Assembly (NCBI GenBank): GCA_038496445.1
Contig: JALMLS010000323.1
Coordinates: 62,001-126,000 of the forward strand
DNA length: 64,000 nt
Reading direction: 5' to 3'
DNA from: Trichosphaerium sp. ATCC 40318
Taxonomy: Eukaryota > Protista > Tubulinea
Shown here: positions 12,546 through 27,170 of the stretch, in pieces
Position numbering within the stretch: the stretch's first letter is position 1
Layout of the letters: each line of letters starts with the position of its first letter
Position numbers and translations under genes: made by a program
The notes under the pieces: generated by a model
Seen by the model: only the letters and a program-made list of their open reading frames with translations
Databases searched by the model: none
Told to the model about the DNA's origin: nothing

Positions 12546-13609
12546 TCATTGTGAAAACGACCGTTGGTGAGGACCTAAAATAAACCGTTTTAGTATTAAT
12601 GTAACGAAGTCCAAAAAACATAATTTGTTAAACATACTAGGTAGAGCCATATATTGTGGAGTCAGATTTTGATATGAAACACTTGTTTGCTTCTTAACAA
12701 GCTGCTTTCCTTTGGGCCGCTCGGGCAAACGTATATAAATAGTACTGTCTAACTTATTACCGCCACTTGGTGTTTGTAACATTGTATTTGGTCTTTGTAC
12801 TTTAGGACTACAAGACGCTGAAAGGCGCTAACAACAATGTCAGAAAAAAAAAGAAGGAAGAAAAAAAACTCTTCTCTTGAAATCAAGAACGAACCTTTTG
12901 CTTTCGTATACCCTTGAATATTTCTATATCAGGTGTGGCTGGTTTCTTGCCATAACTGCGTTTCCTTGACACTGTGTTTTGTGTTTCTGATGACTCTTGA
13001 TCCTCTGTAGGTACCCACGTATAAGACGGAGATGGTTTGTTCTTTACCAATGCCACTGATAATGTCGTAAAACCAACCTCATCAGAGCCACGACGTAAAC
13101 AAAAATAAACTTCTTCTTGCTGGATATTACGCAGTTTTCGAAGAGATAAGTAACCTTTACCAATCTAACTCTGTTACTACATATTCGAAAGAAGAATGAA
13201 TGATGTCATCCGTACGATAGCTCCGTTTATAGTATGAACTTCCAGTTTTAATTGGTCACGACCTGGATTCTTTATTTTTAGGGCAAAGTTTGGTATCCAC
13301 TTGTAATTTCCCTGAACGATTTTAGTTCGAATATTAACTGTACGTCTACAACACATGTGTTGGATGTAGCTATGACTTAACATACATTGGAGTTTTGTTG
13401 ATCTGTTGTAGAGACATCGCAGTAGTAAGAGTGGTTTGCTCCACCTGCAATCTTACAAAAAACAGCAGGACAAACAGAGCCTAAAAAAACTTGTTATTTA
13501 GAAATAAACGTAAACAATCTCTTTATAGATTCCTACTGGTTAGAGGAGATTACGTACCGACTATATTCACTTCGATGCGCGTAATGTGGAGTTTGGCAGT
13601 CGTGGTCAT
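12546..13609 (-). CDS. Hypothetical spliced protein, possible C2-like beta domain; boundaries approximate
   Basis: Exons RTVNIRTKIVQGNYKWIPNFALKIKNPGRDQLKLEVHT and IGKGYLSLRKL...VGFTTLSVALV are flanked by GT/AG sites. Confidence 0.4.
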
Positions 13610-14454
13610 GGTCGTAGAACTAGGACGTTTAACAAAAAAGTCCTTGGAGTTCACAATCTTCCGTCAACACAAGCACTTCCGTAGTTTGGCGAATGGTAGT
13701 CCCAAGGTCACGTGAATACCTGACGGTTTATTTCCTTGATTTTATGGAGTTCACGTGGTGTTGTACACACCAACTCAACGAGCTACATAGTTCCCAAAAG
13801 TGCAGGTACCCGATGTTTGAATATGTATGTTCATGAGAAACTAAAGGTACTAAATTGTCAACCGTGGTTTTTAGAGATTCTTAATCAGGAGCGCTCCGGA
13901 ACTTCCTATAGCAGTTCCAAGTTGACAAAAAAGAATAATGGGCGGTTTGGGTTGTAAGTAGGCGATAAGTTAATTAAAGGCTGAATTGATTCAGCAAATG
14001 GGGAAGTTCAATGTTGGAAGTAGTAGATTGACGCTCGCACGCACATGATAGGGTTTTGAATGACTCTGATGTTTTGTTGGGTTAGCTAATGGCGTCATAA
14101 AACAAAGGGACTACCTCACAGTACTTAGTGCCAAAATCTGTAAATACCTTTTTGGTAGTACATCTTTTACGCCAAATAACGCATTTTCATAATGTTTCGC
14201 GTACAATTCAAACCAAATGTAACGTATATCGTTTGTTTTAGCTCCACGTGGTTACAATAGGTTAAAAATGTATTTTTTGCGAACTAAAGCAAGAGCTGTG
14301 ATCATACAACCAAAGCAATAAATGAATAAAGGGAGATGACGATCAACCAACGATCCGACCGAAATTTGACTAAAATATTTGAATTTTGGCTTAAAACTCG
14401 CTCCAATTTGCTTTGTTTTTTACAACTACACTAGACCACGCGTAAATAGTAGAT

Positions 14455-17126
14455 ATGTCAGCAAAAGCCGCTTCCGCAAAGCCTCAATTGAGTACCTTTG
14501 GTAAAGGTGACAAAACAAAGCAAGACGATGTCAGAACCGCTAATATCGTTGCCGCAAAGGGTAATTATCGCTTTGCCGCCTGATCCGCTTTAACGCTTTC
14601 ATAGCTGTCGCAGACGCTGTAAGAACCAGTCTAGGCCCTCGTGGAATGGACAAAATGGTAATTTTTCTATTTCACGGCTTTTAGCAGTTTTTCACCTTTA
14701 TCTTATTTGTTTCTTCAGATTTGTTCACCAACAGGCGAAGTTGTCATCAGTAATGATGGAGCAACCATCTTGCAACAGATGCAAGTACAACATCCTACTG
14801 CTAAGATGGTACGCGCTTGAAATCGCTGTAATACTCGTATACGCATCACGCTACGTTTATTTTAAGCATTTTTAACGCTTTTTTAGCTTGTTGAACTGTC
14901 AAAAGCTCAAGATGTTGAAGCAGGTGATGGCACTACCTCTGTAACCGTTCTCGCAGGTGCTCTTCTCGGAGCCGCAAGAGTACGCACAAACAAAATTCCA
15001 TCATTTCAAAAAAAAAATTTTGACGCCTACATTATGTACTAAACCACGTATAGAATTTGTTGAGTAAAGGTCTCCACCCAATGCGTATCGCAGATGTATT
15101 TCTCAAATGCGCCCACAAAGCAAGCGATGTGTTGCGTAAGGCCGCTATCCCAGTTGACCTCACAGACCGCGAGGCATTGTTAAAATGTGCTACCACTTCA
15201 TTTAACTCCAAAGTACGTGCTGGCGATTTTTTGTGCGGATTTTTTGTTCTTTTTTTCTTTATGACCAAAAATCACTTTTACGCGTTTACAGCGTTGAGAG
15301 AATGAGTGTTGATTTTTTTCTCTTCTAGGTCGTGTCTCAACACTCCCCAATCTTGGCACCTATCGCTGTAGACTCTGTACAACAAATTATTGACGCAAAG
15401 AATGCCACAAACGTCGATTTGAAGAATATTCGCGTAGTTAAAAAGCTCGGTGGTACTGTTGCTAACACAGAGCTCGTTTCTGGTATTGTATTCACACAGG
15501 TAAGCCAAGAGATTAATTAGCAAGCTGACAAGCGAGTTTTAAAAAAAAATCTTCAAAAAAATCCCACAAGCCAAACGTTGCTAACTAATATTTTGTAGGG
15601 CGCTCGCAAATCTGCTGGTGGACCAACACGCGTTGAAAACGCAAAGATTGGATTGATTCAATTCCAATTGTCACCTCCAAAAACAAACGTACGTTTTACG
15701 TTTTAAGGCTTCAAACTAGTCAACTTTTTTTATCTTCTCCTCTTATTTCTGGTATCTGTGCTTACTTGTGTTGGTGTTTAGATGGAATTTGGTGTCACTA
15801 TTGATGATTACTCCAAGATGGATCGCGTTTTGAAACAAACACAACGTTATATTGCCAAATTGGTTCTTGCTATTAAGAGAACAGGGTAAGTCTGACTGTT
15901 TTAATTTTTAATTATCATTTCAATGGCCTTCAAAGGAGCTTACCTTTGATTTTCTAGATGTAATGTTCTACTCATTCAAAAGTCTATTTTGCGTGATGCT
16001 GTAGTTGATACTTCACTACAATTACTCGCTAAATACAAAATCATGGTTGTCACTGAAGTTGAACGTAGTGAAATCGAGTTTATCAGCAAAGTACGTTTAA
16101 AAAAATCGATTTTATTTGTTGGTTTTTTTTTTGATTGCCATTTCTTATTTTGTAATTAGACTACCGGTGCTATGCCAGTTGCTCGCATAGAATCATTCTC
16201 AAAGGATAAATTGGGTAGCGCTGATATTGTTCAAGATCATGGTGACTTTGTTACTGTTACTGGTGTACCAGAAGCTTCACAAGGAAAGACTGTATCTATT
16301 CTTGTCCGTGGTTCTAACAAACTCATTATTGATGAAACTGAACGTTCTATCCATGATGCTCTTTGCGTTGTTAGAAGTCTTGTAAAAGAAAGGTGAGCAA
16401 GCTAACCATTTTATTTTTTTTTGTTTTTTGGGGTTTTTTTCTCGATTTTGTTGAAGGTTGTATGCTTATGTATTGTGTTAGATATATGCTCGCTGGTGGT
16501 GGTAGTTCAGAAATTGAAGTATCCCAAAAGCTTTACGAGTGGTCCCGCGAACTCACTGGCATGGACCCTTTCATCGTCAAAGGTAACATATTTTTTGTGT
16601 TTTTATCATTTGTAATTTTTTTTTGCTGAAGAAAGATTTGTTTAGAGTACGCTGAAGCCCTTGAGGTTATCCCAGAAACTTTGGCTGAAAATGCTGGTCT
16701 TATGCCTATTGAAATTGTAACTGAGTTGCGTGCTGCTCACAAGAGAGGCGAGAAAACTGCTGGTATTAACATCAAACAGGTAAGGACTTCCTTCTTTTTT
16801 TTTTGTTGCTTTGGCATCCTTTACATTTTAATTCGTCGTTGTAACATCAGTTATGCACTGATAGTTATTTTTGAAAGTACTATTACGTATTTTCCTATCG
16901 CGTGAGAGCGTAGAAATGTGCTTTCGAGACGACTCTTTGATTGTTTTGAAAAAACTACGAAACTCTAGGATTAGACACAAATTGATTTTTTTTTTAGAAT
17001 GGTGTCACATGCATGGAGAAGGCTGATGTACTTCAACCATTGTTAGTTACAATGAGTGCAATCAAATTAGCTACTGAGACAGTATGCATGATTTTAAAGA
17101 TTGATGATGTCGTCCCTGTAAGGTAA
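14455..17126 (+). CDS. CCT4: Chaperonin CCT/TRiC subunit delta
   Basis: [72 protein letters not shown]. Confidence 0.97.
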
Positions 17127-17718
17127 ACTTTGAAAAGACAAAAAAAATATATCAAAGAAAAAAGATGTCAATCCATTCTTTTTTTTGTTGCAAAGCTTGC
17201 ATCGATAATAAACAAATATTAAACTGTCACATCCACTGATTTAACATAATTATTCTTACATAATTTTTAATGAATATACGGGTTAGTTTCTGAACTTGCA
17301 ATGTTCGGAAAAATCAAATGAACAAAATTTTTGTACTGACACGTGTGAGAACTAAAAATTGTAAAAAAAAGTTTTTCAGTTATGATTTTGATTACGTAGT
17401 AACCTAGTATTCAAACAACTCAAAGTAAATCAAATTGCATTGACAAACGTACAGTGTATATTCTGAAACTACAAGTTCCTGAATATATCCTCACTACAGA
17501 TGAAGTCTACAATATAGCTCAGTCATTGTCTTTTGTAGTGCGGACTTTGGAAAAAACGTTTACACTATTATTTTAAAATCGTGTCTCTTTTTTGAGTTGC
17601 AACCAGAAAACTAGGAAATTTTGTAGTTGGTTCATAGAAAATAACAACGATGTCTCACTATTGGTTTTGTACGACTTAACAAAAACATATTTTTACGCTT
17701 TACACAACAACGACAACA

Positions 17719-19072
17719 ATGTCTGATACTTGGATTAAAGTTGTGAGCGCTCTGGGATCAGTAGACGAGGCTATAGTGTCATTTATTGTAGAAGCTATTG
17801 ACGAACCCTCAAATTCCACACAAGATGTTATTGATGCTATTTCTCCCATCCTAGAAGATTTAACACGTAGTAAATCATGTCCCTATTTACCTCCTTTACA
17901 AGTATTTGTAGAACAACTACTATCATCCAGGTATGAATTATCAATGAAGAGGTGATGACGTAATCAACATTTTTCGTATTTTTTTACCAACAGCAACAAA
18001 AACTTGACAACAAAATTTCTTCACTGTTGAACTGTTACATTTTTTACCAGCGCTGAATACAAGATCTACATTTATTGTATTGAAAGTGGTGATAATAACG
18101 TTGAATTAATAGTATTTTAAACGGAAAAAAAAATATCACTTTCAAACCTCTGACAGAACCACTTTTTTTTCTTTGTTGTTGACGTTTAAAAATTAGGCGA
18201 CATTCTGATGATGTACCCGAATTTACACGTCTTGAAAAACCTGTCACAATAGAGAATTACAAAGACAAAGTATTTGTTGTTGTACCACCAAACAAGAAGC
18301 AAGGAAATACATATGAAGCAATACCCGGTTGGGAACCTCGTCAAGAAAGTGCGTACTAGAGCATATAAAAATGCAAAATGTTATATTCTGTTATTAACTG
18401 TATCATAGTTGAGTACTTGTCTATTGACGAACATGTGGAAGCTACACGTGTAGCCGATCCTAAAAAACGTCAAGTAAGTAGCCATACCGAACACACTACA
18501 GATGTTATACACCACGTTTTTGTTTTCTTTAAAGCATGTGTAGACTTACTCTTTAAAACTTTTAGAAAGCCCTAGAAAAATTATGTCCATGTAGAGTCCA
18601 GAGAAACGTACGAAGATTAACCAGCTTTTTTGTTATTTTTTATTGGTTGAATGTTAACATTGTTTTTCAGTTTCCTGAATTCTGGGAACGGATATTTGAA
18701 GCTACTGACGATCCTGATGGTAATACATTATGTCTTAAAGTCTGGTAGCTAATACAAGTATTAGAGAAAGTAAGGTACCAAGCATTGCATAATATGGCAG
18801 ATGGTTCACCAAAGGAGTATGAAGACAGAGTACTTCAGTGTGTTAACAGTACGTACCAGCAAAGAGTATCCTCCAAGCTTGAAAATACCTCCCTTGTTAT
18901 CAGGGTTTTTAATGGCTTCCCTAGAACTGGTGAGTGATCCTTGTCCTAAAGTCCGCCGTGCTGCCAATCAAGTATGTTTTTTTTGACACCTTGTTCCTCT
19001 GTTATGTCTAAAGGTATGCTTTTGTAGGTTAGTGGCGCCTACTTACACACCGGAAAATGGAACGTACTCTAA
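17719..19072 (+). CDS. Hypothetical protein with C-terminal HEAT-like repeats
   Basis: Spliced: KALEKLCPCRV...FWERIFEATDDPD.KVRYQALHNMADGSP...DPCPKVRRAANQVSGAYLHTGKWNVL*. Confidence 0.65.
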
Positions 19073-19391
19073 AGAAGAAAATTCTACAAATTGAAGGTGT
19101 AGAGTAAACAAATTATGTAAATAAAGGATTTGGAATAACAACTATCTTCCCCATAAAAAAACAGCAACTCCAAACTCGAACTTTGCTGAGCTGAAAGCGC
19201 ATTTGTTAGTCACGGCCTAGGGGGCAAACAAAGATAACAAAGTATAGCCATGGAGCTAAGCTTTTTACACTTTTCCAACTTTTGTCTTTCACACAACTTT
19301 TTATCTCACACTTTGATGTCACGTTTGTTGTTGGGCGTTAACGGAAATTTTATTTACAGAATGTTAGCATGTAGAACAGCTTTTTTTTGTG

Positions 19392-20137
19392 TTAGGCTTC
19401 TGCGTCAAATGCATTAGCGTGTAATCGAGTATACATTAAAGCCATTGAATTGTATCCTCTGTTTAGACACGTGAGTTTATTAATTGGAGTTTAGTGATAG
19501 TACCTGTTATCACCAGCGCGAATGAGATTACCTGCGTCACAATTTAAAGGACTCTAGCGGTTGGTAAGTAAATTACGCTATTTACATATCAAAACAAGCC
19601 AGGAGGGCTTCCATAGCGTAGAGAAATTGATGTGATGGGTGATCTAGAGAAGTAGACGTACATCAGCCTCAGGGTTTGATAGTAATGCAATAATCGCCCG
19701 GCAGACGGATTCAAGCGTATAAACTGCAGACCAGGCGTCTTTTAGGAGATCCAAGCAAATTTCGCCGGTTTTGAAGTGAATATTTGGGTGAAATACCCTA
19801 GTAACAAAGCTAACGGTGGGAGGCACAAGCGGGTACATCTATAGTACAAATAATAAAACAACAATAACATGACAGTTAAAGCGTTAGAGTGTTATTAAGC
19901 GTTAAACCGTACCTGAGGTACTTCAATATCTAAACAAAATACATAGTTGTGAAATGGTGTTTCGCTTGGTCCCACGATACTAGCGTGCCAGTGAAACAGG
20001 TCGTTATCAACAACCTCTAACGTTACATCCTGTTCCTTTGATTTTGAAGCAGCATGCAATTCTAAAGCATAATAAGCCTAGTGATTACCACAAGTCTTTA
20101 GTTAACCTTTCAAAAGCCTCTTGTTAGCTTTGCTCAT
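19392..20137 (-). CDS. PEX4: Peroxisomal E2 ubiquitin-conjugating enzyme (peroxin 4)
   Basis: FHPNIHFKTGEICLDLLK..VCRAIIALLSNPEADSPLNCDAGNLIRAGDNRGYNSMALMYTRL, the PEX4/UBC21-type C-terminus. Confidence 0.9.
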
Positions 20138-20385
20138 AATCAATAAACAAATGTAAAACTGTTGACTTTGGCTTACTTTTCTCAACTTTCAAGTCAAAGT
20201 ACATCGTTCACTTCTAGACCAATAACGTAACTTGAAATCTTTACAAATAATATTACGCACAAGTTAATACCCATGTTATGCTGTAATTGCCAAATGAAGT
20301 TCCAGCAATGCTTATGGATTGTGCTTTCTCTGAGAGAAAATAATGAAAACTGAATTGGGCAATAAAGGTTTGTTGAGTTTTATAT

Positions 20386-23300
20386 TTACAGACTCATACA
20401 TTTACAATTACATCCCGGCACAGGGCAAGATGTGTGAGTATCAAACCAAGTTTTTAGGCATGCTACATGGCCACCATGTCTACATGTCTGACACCAACAA
20501 AACCATTTGTTCAAGTTAGCATTTCCAGATGTCCATTGTCCTAAACAGACTAACGTTAGTTTTTCAACATCAAACAAATATAACGTACCTTCTGGAAGAG
20601 AGTTGCGGTTTCTTACATCAAATGGCACGCATTCAAGCGGTAAACTACAAATAGTGCACCGCGGCAGAGGACGGTTGCAAGATGGACAAGAAGAAGCCTT
20701 GCTCGGGTTAGATAGGAATTTGTTGATGTTGTTTTCATTTCAAAAAAAGCGTACAACAAGCTTTGGTCTTGCTGAAAGATTACTGAACGGAAGCATAGGT
20801 CTACGTCTATCTCTTGGGTTTGTTCTAACCTGTTGGCGCTCTTTGCCCAAAGTGAATGGATCCTTACAATAGGTACACTTGGCATAAACCTAGCAATGAA
20901 TGTAAACGAACTGTACTCGTTGATAAATAAAACACTCACCTGTTGTTGTACGTTGTTATCAGAGTACGTATTACGACAACGCTGCACATCAAATCTTGCT
21001 CTGTCTGACCAAAGTTGCCACGAGTTAAGTAACGAGCGATAAATATCAACCCAACGTTTTGGGCGTTTATCAGTAATACGTTTTGGATTCAGAGGCATCT
21101 GTGCCAAAATACAAGCAACTGTTTGAATATCAGATGTTCTATCAAGGTAGTTTTGCAACAATGAGACACCATGGCCAGTAGTATTGATGCCCGTCAGTAT
21201 TAATCCATACAATCGACCTTTAGATGCTGCTTCTTGTGTTTGTTTGTTTATAAAGGAAGTCAACTAGGTTTAAGGCATTAGTACGCGACTTATTCATTTT
21301 TGTAGAATGCAATCAAAAACCAATAAAAAAGATGCGCACCCTTGAATCGCTTAGATAACGCAAGGCAAATAGTATTTTATCCTCCAATAATATGTTAGAT
21401 GCAAGAACTCTTCCAAAGTCTTGTCTGTCGCTTGAAATAAATGCAAACAAAGCAGGCATGTAGTCACCAGTTAGATGTTGTGATAACTTCTCACAAGTAT
21501 CTCTACAAAACAACCAACTTAGCCAAAAGAACAAAAAAGATTGTCACGCTTAGCGTGCAATCTCGAAAAGGAGTGAACAACGCGGAAAATAAACGTACCG
21601 TAATAAAATTGCTGATTGCTTCATGCGTTTTTCCATGGACGCCAAAGTGACACCAAGCATTGCAAAATTAACACTCATTCCATTATTCACATTAATTGCT
21701 TGACGATTAATAATCTCAATAGCCTTTCGAATATCAAGCATAAATACAGCCATAGTAATAGCTCGTTCTACTTGACCAGAAGCTTCAAGCCTTTTAAAAC
21801 ATAGAGTAAGCAAGACATTACAATTCCACTTGTCTGCACGCACCTGGCAAGTTTTGCCATTCTTGATTTCTCACCTGGCGCCCAGTCAACCAAATAGTGA
21901 CAAGGCGTACGCCAAGCGCTCTCCATTACTGTGAACCCATAACCACCAGGTTTCTCAACAGAAGCTATAAGGAAGTTAGAGCAACATGTTGTACTTGTTT
22001 ATTTTTAATCATACCTGTGTTCGTGCTGCGCTGCTGGTTAACACGTCCATAGACACCAATTAACTCAGATACAGCTATTTGTTTCTTTTGAAAGATACTC
22101 TTATTTGTGACAATCCAACGCCACACACTCTGAAGAGTCTTGTCCTTCCATTTCTCTGCTAATTTCAAATTGCGATCAGCCTATAACCCGTTAGTTCATT
22201 AATAAATATTTATCCAGCACTAGCTTGTACGCACTTTAGAACCGTATCCTCGTAGTGCCCTAGATCGCATTTGTGCAGAAATATCTGGGTAAGAGACCAT
22301 ATCATCACTACTAGGTTGTAAGCATGAGATTTCGTAAGTACTCCAATTACCATTCCATTGGAAGCTGTCCTTGTATAATTTGGCGTTCCTTCGCAATTGC
22401 AACACCATTTGTAGACGAAATTGTCAATGGTATATTCTCATGAAGTCGCACAGGAGCAACACCACCACTTGAGAGTAGCGACAATAGTCTAGACATACAA
22501 TTAAAAAAAAATTCCAAAAAAAGAAAGAACGAACTTTGTCTCATTACGTGGATGCCATGATATAGAAGTTATACTATTCTCAGCCACATAGCCTATTAAA
22601 ATATTTCAGACTTATGTCACCACAAAAATAAGAGTTTTAGGTACTTCTTGGAACACCACCAGGTTCATCTTTTAGATCCCAAATCTTAATTATATTTTCT
22701 TCTTTTTCATCACTAGAAATAGATGCCAATACACCAGAACGCGTTGGACACCATTCAACTTGTTGTAATTCTATACGCAAAAAATGTTACGATGACGAGT
22801 CTCAACTTCAAAGAAGCAAAACAATTTATAAATTTTAATATAAGTTTACCTTTTGATCCTGTTTGTATAGCGTGAACTGGCTCTCGTAGCATCTTAACAT
22901 CCCATACTTTAATAAATCCATCTTCAGAATAAGTTGCAAGCAAATTCCAACCCAAGGGAGTCGGCCTTGATTAAAAATAAATAAGTTTCAAAATCATCAA
23001 AAACAAGATAATGAAAATGGAGGTGAGACAAGATTTTTCAAATAATTATTTAGGCGTACTTTACACCTTGCACAGATCTATTAGCATGCGCTCCAACAGT
23101 CTTAATGGGCTGTTTATTACTAAGAACTACCGAATTCCCATTAGTCCGTTTGCAAAACAACAAAAAAAGTCTGGTGTACCTCCACCATTGGATTCTGGCA
23201 CGCGGAGGTCGTAGATACGCAGCCAGTTTTTACGTGTTCCAGTGGCGAGATGTTTAGGTCCCATTGAAGGGAGCCAAGCTACTGCTACAGTTCCTTCTGC

Positions 23301-24340
23301 ATTATTCAATTCGCTCATGCGTTGGGTAACCTACGAAACAATAGTTTAACAAATCTGGTTTTTGGCACTGGAATTGTGTTTTAACAACATTAAAACGAAT
23401 AGTGGGAACAGGACGCAGTGTGTACCTCCTCCAAAGCAATACTAGAAGTCACGTTGTAAAGCTCACTGCCAGATCTAGAGTTTTCTAAGATTATTTAGAT
23501 GCCAGGACAATATGTAATAGCTTGTTTGAGATAAAAACACACCCGTGCGCCCACGTAAATTAGTATCCCATACAATTGTAGAGTAATCATTTCGCAATTT
23601 ATCCAAACCAACCGCTATAAGATTAGGTTCTAGAGGGTTGAAAGCTACACAATTGCATTTTCGCTGGCTTTGCAATAAAAGGTCAGAAATATACGTTACT
23701 AGCAGTACATATACAGGTTCTAAATCGCTCAACCTCTACGCTCGCGTATGGAACTGTATAGATATGACACTTTGTACTTGGGTTAAGATATTGTTCATTC
23801 GGCGCACCTGTGATCTGAAACGAATTCTTTTACTATCATATCATCTGCTGTAAAGTTACAGAGCACTGTGCGGCCGTTTGGGCAACCAACAGCCACCATT
23901 TGATTCGATTGGTCCATTGACCAATCAATGCTCTAGGAGGCGAGTCAGCAGCATATCAGGAGCTGTCACAAGCCTGTGGGTCTTTGATGGTAGCATTTAT
24001 TTTCTCGAGGTGTATGTTACTGTCGCCGCTGTCCCTAGCATCTTGCAACTATAAGAGGACAATAACGGCAGCGAGTTTTTGTCGTTGAAATTACTGACTT
24101 CGCCATCATTCAAACGAAAACCGTACCTTTCGCTATGTATACTTCATTCACTCCGTTTGACGCGGTAAGCTCTGCTTGGTGCGGTTTTGGCATTAATGCT
24201 GACTCCTATTTCGCATAAGGCTGGTAATTACGCGCAAAGCGCACCTTTTCATCTATTCTGTACAACCGCACGTCACTCGTGCCAATAACAAAAAATCTTG
24301 AGTCATAAGGACAGTATTGGATTATCGACGAAGCCCTCAT
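20386..24340 (-). CDS. MIOS: GATOR2/SEA complex subunit MIOS (WD40 + solenoid + C-terminal Zn/RING)
   Basis: VAVGCPNGRTVL, LIAVGLDKLRNDYS, LLQNYLDRTSDIQT, WFCWCQTCRHGGH...WFDTHTSCPVPGCNCKC. Confidence 0.92.
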
Positions 24341-24602
24341 ACTGGCATTACATATGAGAGGTTGGTGATTGTTTTAGCGTATTGGTAACTGAAAGGCACT
24401 TATTGCAGGCGTAAAAATTGCATACGAGACTGCAATGTGACTTTGGCCTTGAAATACAGTCGTTACTATTCTGTTGTTCCATACTACACCCTTGTACATT
24501 AGGAATAGCGTATAGGTACTCATTACGCTAAATAGAATCCTCTCTAACTTCTCATAGTTTCTAGAACCTTCTTTCAAGATCAATAAACCAGAAATATATC
24601 AA

Positions 24603-27170
24603 ATGTCAAAGCGCAAGGTACGGTACAACTATTATAACCATTTCTCAACTTTGTATGTCAGAGGCGGGAAAATGCAAAAGAAGCGGGTATGAAGAGGGGT
24701 CGTGGTAAAAGAGTAAAAGTAGAACCATTAGAGCTCGGTACAGTACAGTATTTAAAAACTTCTCTCTGACGCGTCAAAAGAAGTACAGGACGCTCAAAAC
24801 GGTAGTATATGGGCCGTAGGATCGAATGAATTTAGTAATTGTACGGCAACATACATGGATACTTTTTTTTTTGACGTTTTATCAAAAGTCGGTATAGAAC
24901 CTAATGAAGATGGAGACAATATGCTTAAAGACTTCACAAAAATACCTACACTTCAAAAGAAAAAAGTTCTCTCTGTACGTCTTTTTCCTCCATTAGAAAT
25001 CTCTTAAAAGCTTACCTGTTACTCTTAGTTTGTAGCTGGTGGTATGCATAATTGTATTATACTGAAACAAGGATCAAAACACGTACCTATGTCATGGGGT
25101 ACGAAATCGATTTTTTTTTTGTTCCACATGAACTAGCGCGTTCGAAATTGGAGTCTTATTCTCCTTTAGGTAATAATGATGATCTTATTCTCGGTCGTCC
25201 AGTGACTAAGAAAGCTCCAGAATGGAAACCATCTGTAATGCCTGCCTTAACTAAAGAGGAAATTGTGCAGGTAAACATCTTATCTCAGACTTTTTTTTTT
25301 GTTGCAACTTTTGATCATCAAACGCTTTCCGGAGATTGTACTTTCCATCACATTGGTATAAATTTTTTTACTGACATTTTTACGAAGATTTCTTTTGGCG
25401 CTTATCATGGAGCAGCACTCAGCAGTGATGGTACAAAGCCAAATACCAACTCGTTTTTTTTTTTTTTGGATTTATTCACCAGGCTCTTAGACTTAATTTT
25501 CTTGTTTTCTGGAACTCAGAACTTACCCTTATTAAGGTAGAGTGTTTTCTTGGGGTGGTTATAAGAATGCCAGTGGAAAGTTTCACTTGAATGCAACAGT
25601 GAAAAAGGCAGCAGAACCAATACAAATAGACCAACGTTGTTTTGGTGGCGCAAAAGTTGTATGTGTACAGAGTACAAACAATGTTACACGTTGCTTAACA
25701 GAAAATGGACAAGTATACGAATGGGGTCTTCTATCTGATGAGTACGTATCATAGTAATTACTTTTGTTTCATGAAGCTCGAAGAGCACACAACTGCAGTG
25801 AATCCTTTTTTTTTTTTTTGATTTACAAGAAAAGCAATCTGTGTTGCGTAGTATTTATCTCCGTTTGTATTTCTTATTTCAAATGAAAGGTATGGTCAAC
25901 CTAGAACCAAGATGAACTTAAGAGTGAGGACACGTACTATTGCGTGTGAGCCTGCAAAGGTACGTATATATTCTTTTCTTTTTCAAAATGTTAATTGATT
26001 CAAAAGGTTATCTTCAATCATAGAGTATCTAAACTCTTCTGTGGAGGAAGTTATACCTTTATTATAACAACAACTGGAGAAATACATTCATGGGGATGTA
26101 ATGGATCTGGTCAACTTGGTCTTAACCATATGAACCATTTCGTATCTCGCCCAAAGCGTGTCAGGGTACGTAGTCCTTTTACAACAAAAAAAAAAGTGTC
26201 GTTGGGTTTTTTTGATTAACTTCTTCATTAGCATCCTGCTGCTCTTTTACGTGTTGGTCCTGAGACAACCATAACATGCAGTAAAGCTACAGCATATATT
26301 CTTACTGATAACAACACCCTCTATGCTTGTGGAACCAACCACGACGGGCAATATGGTAATGAAACCTCCCAAGCCAAAGTATCTTGTTTATTCACTTCTT
26401 TTTTTTTTAGGCCTTCCTGTCGGTAGAGGTGGAACAGGTGATTTTGAGTGCAGCTTTATGAAGCTTGATTTCTTTGATGATATTGATATCGAAAAAGTCA
26501 CATCACACAGCGACCATACATTGGTATTCACAACAGGTAACATCACAAAGAAAAAAAAAAAATCATCCAAGCTATCAGTAACTTTTTGACTAAATTTGCA
26601 ACAAACTGGTTAGTCCTACCTACCTAGTATTCCAGTTGTCACTTATACGTGTACTTTGGTTTGTGCTTTAAAGGGTAAACTAATACCAAGTTCTGAAAAA
26701 TGAGTGCGGAAGGAGCTTGTGGACAAGTCTTCCGTTTCTCTCGGACGAAATCTTTAGTTTTCGCATATTTTTTTAAGGACATTTATTTGTTGACTTGCTC
26801 ACTTACTGATATACGTTTATTAGATAACCAGATTTACGCCATGGGTATGGGCGAACAGTATCGTAATGGTAGCGGAAGAACAAGAGATCTCAGGACTCCA
26901 GCCTTGATTGCTCCATGCGTAGATAGACCTATCATTGATGCTTACGCTGGTGGTCTTAATTCATTTATACTTGTTGATGATAGCGGACGTAAAATGGATT
27001 ACGGTGAATTTGAAGATGACGAACCTCCTTCTGAGGAAGTTGAAGAGGATTTTGAGGAGTTTGATGATGAAATTCCAGATGCTAATGCAGTGGAGAAGGA
27101 TGAACCTGCTGCTGTTGTTCATACCGCAGCTGGTGAGACCGGTATGGGTTTCTGGGGCAGCAAAATGTAA
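24603..27170 (+). CDS. RCC1-repeat protein with basic NLS-like N-terminus and acidic tail
   Basis: MSKRKRR..KRGRGKRVK; repeats GEIHSWGCNGSGQLG, LYACGTNHDGQYG, IYAMGMGEQYRNG, FVAGGMH, ISFGAYH. Confidence 0.85.

Noticed and set aside
16855-16880. Hammerhead ribozyme core in the CCT4 intron
   Set aside because: The sequence is CTGATAG, not CTGANGA, and there is no stem II before GAAA.
20507-21042. Plus-strand ORFs of 121 and 69 aa
   Set aside because: They are antisense to conserved MIOS exons, like many other short ORF-track entries.
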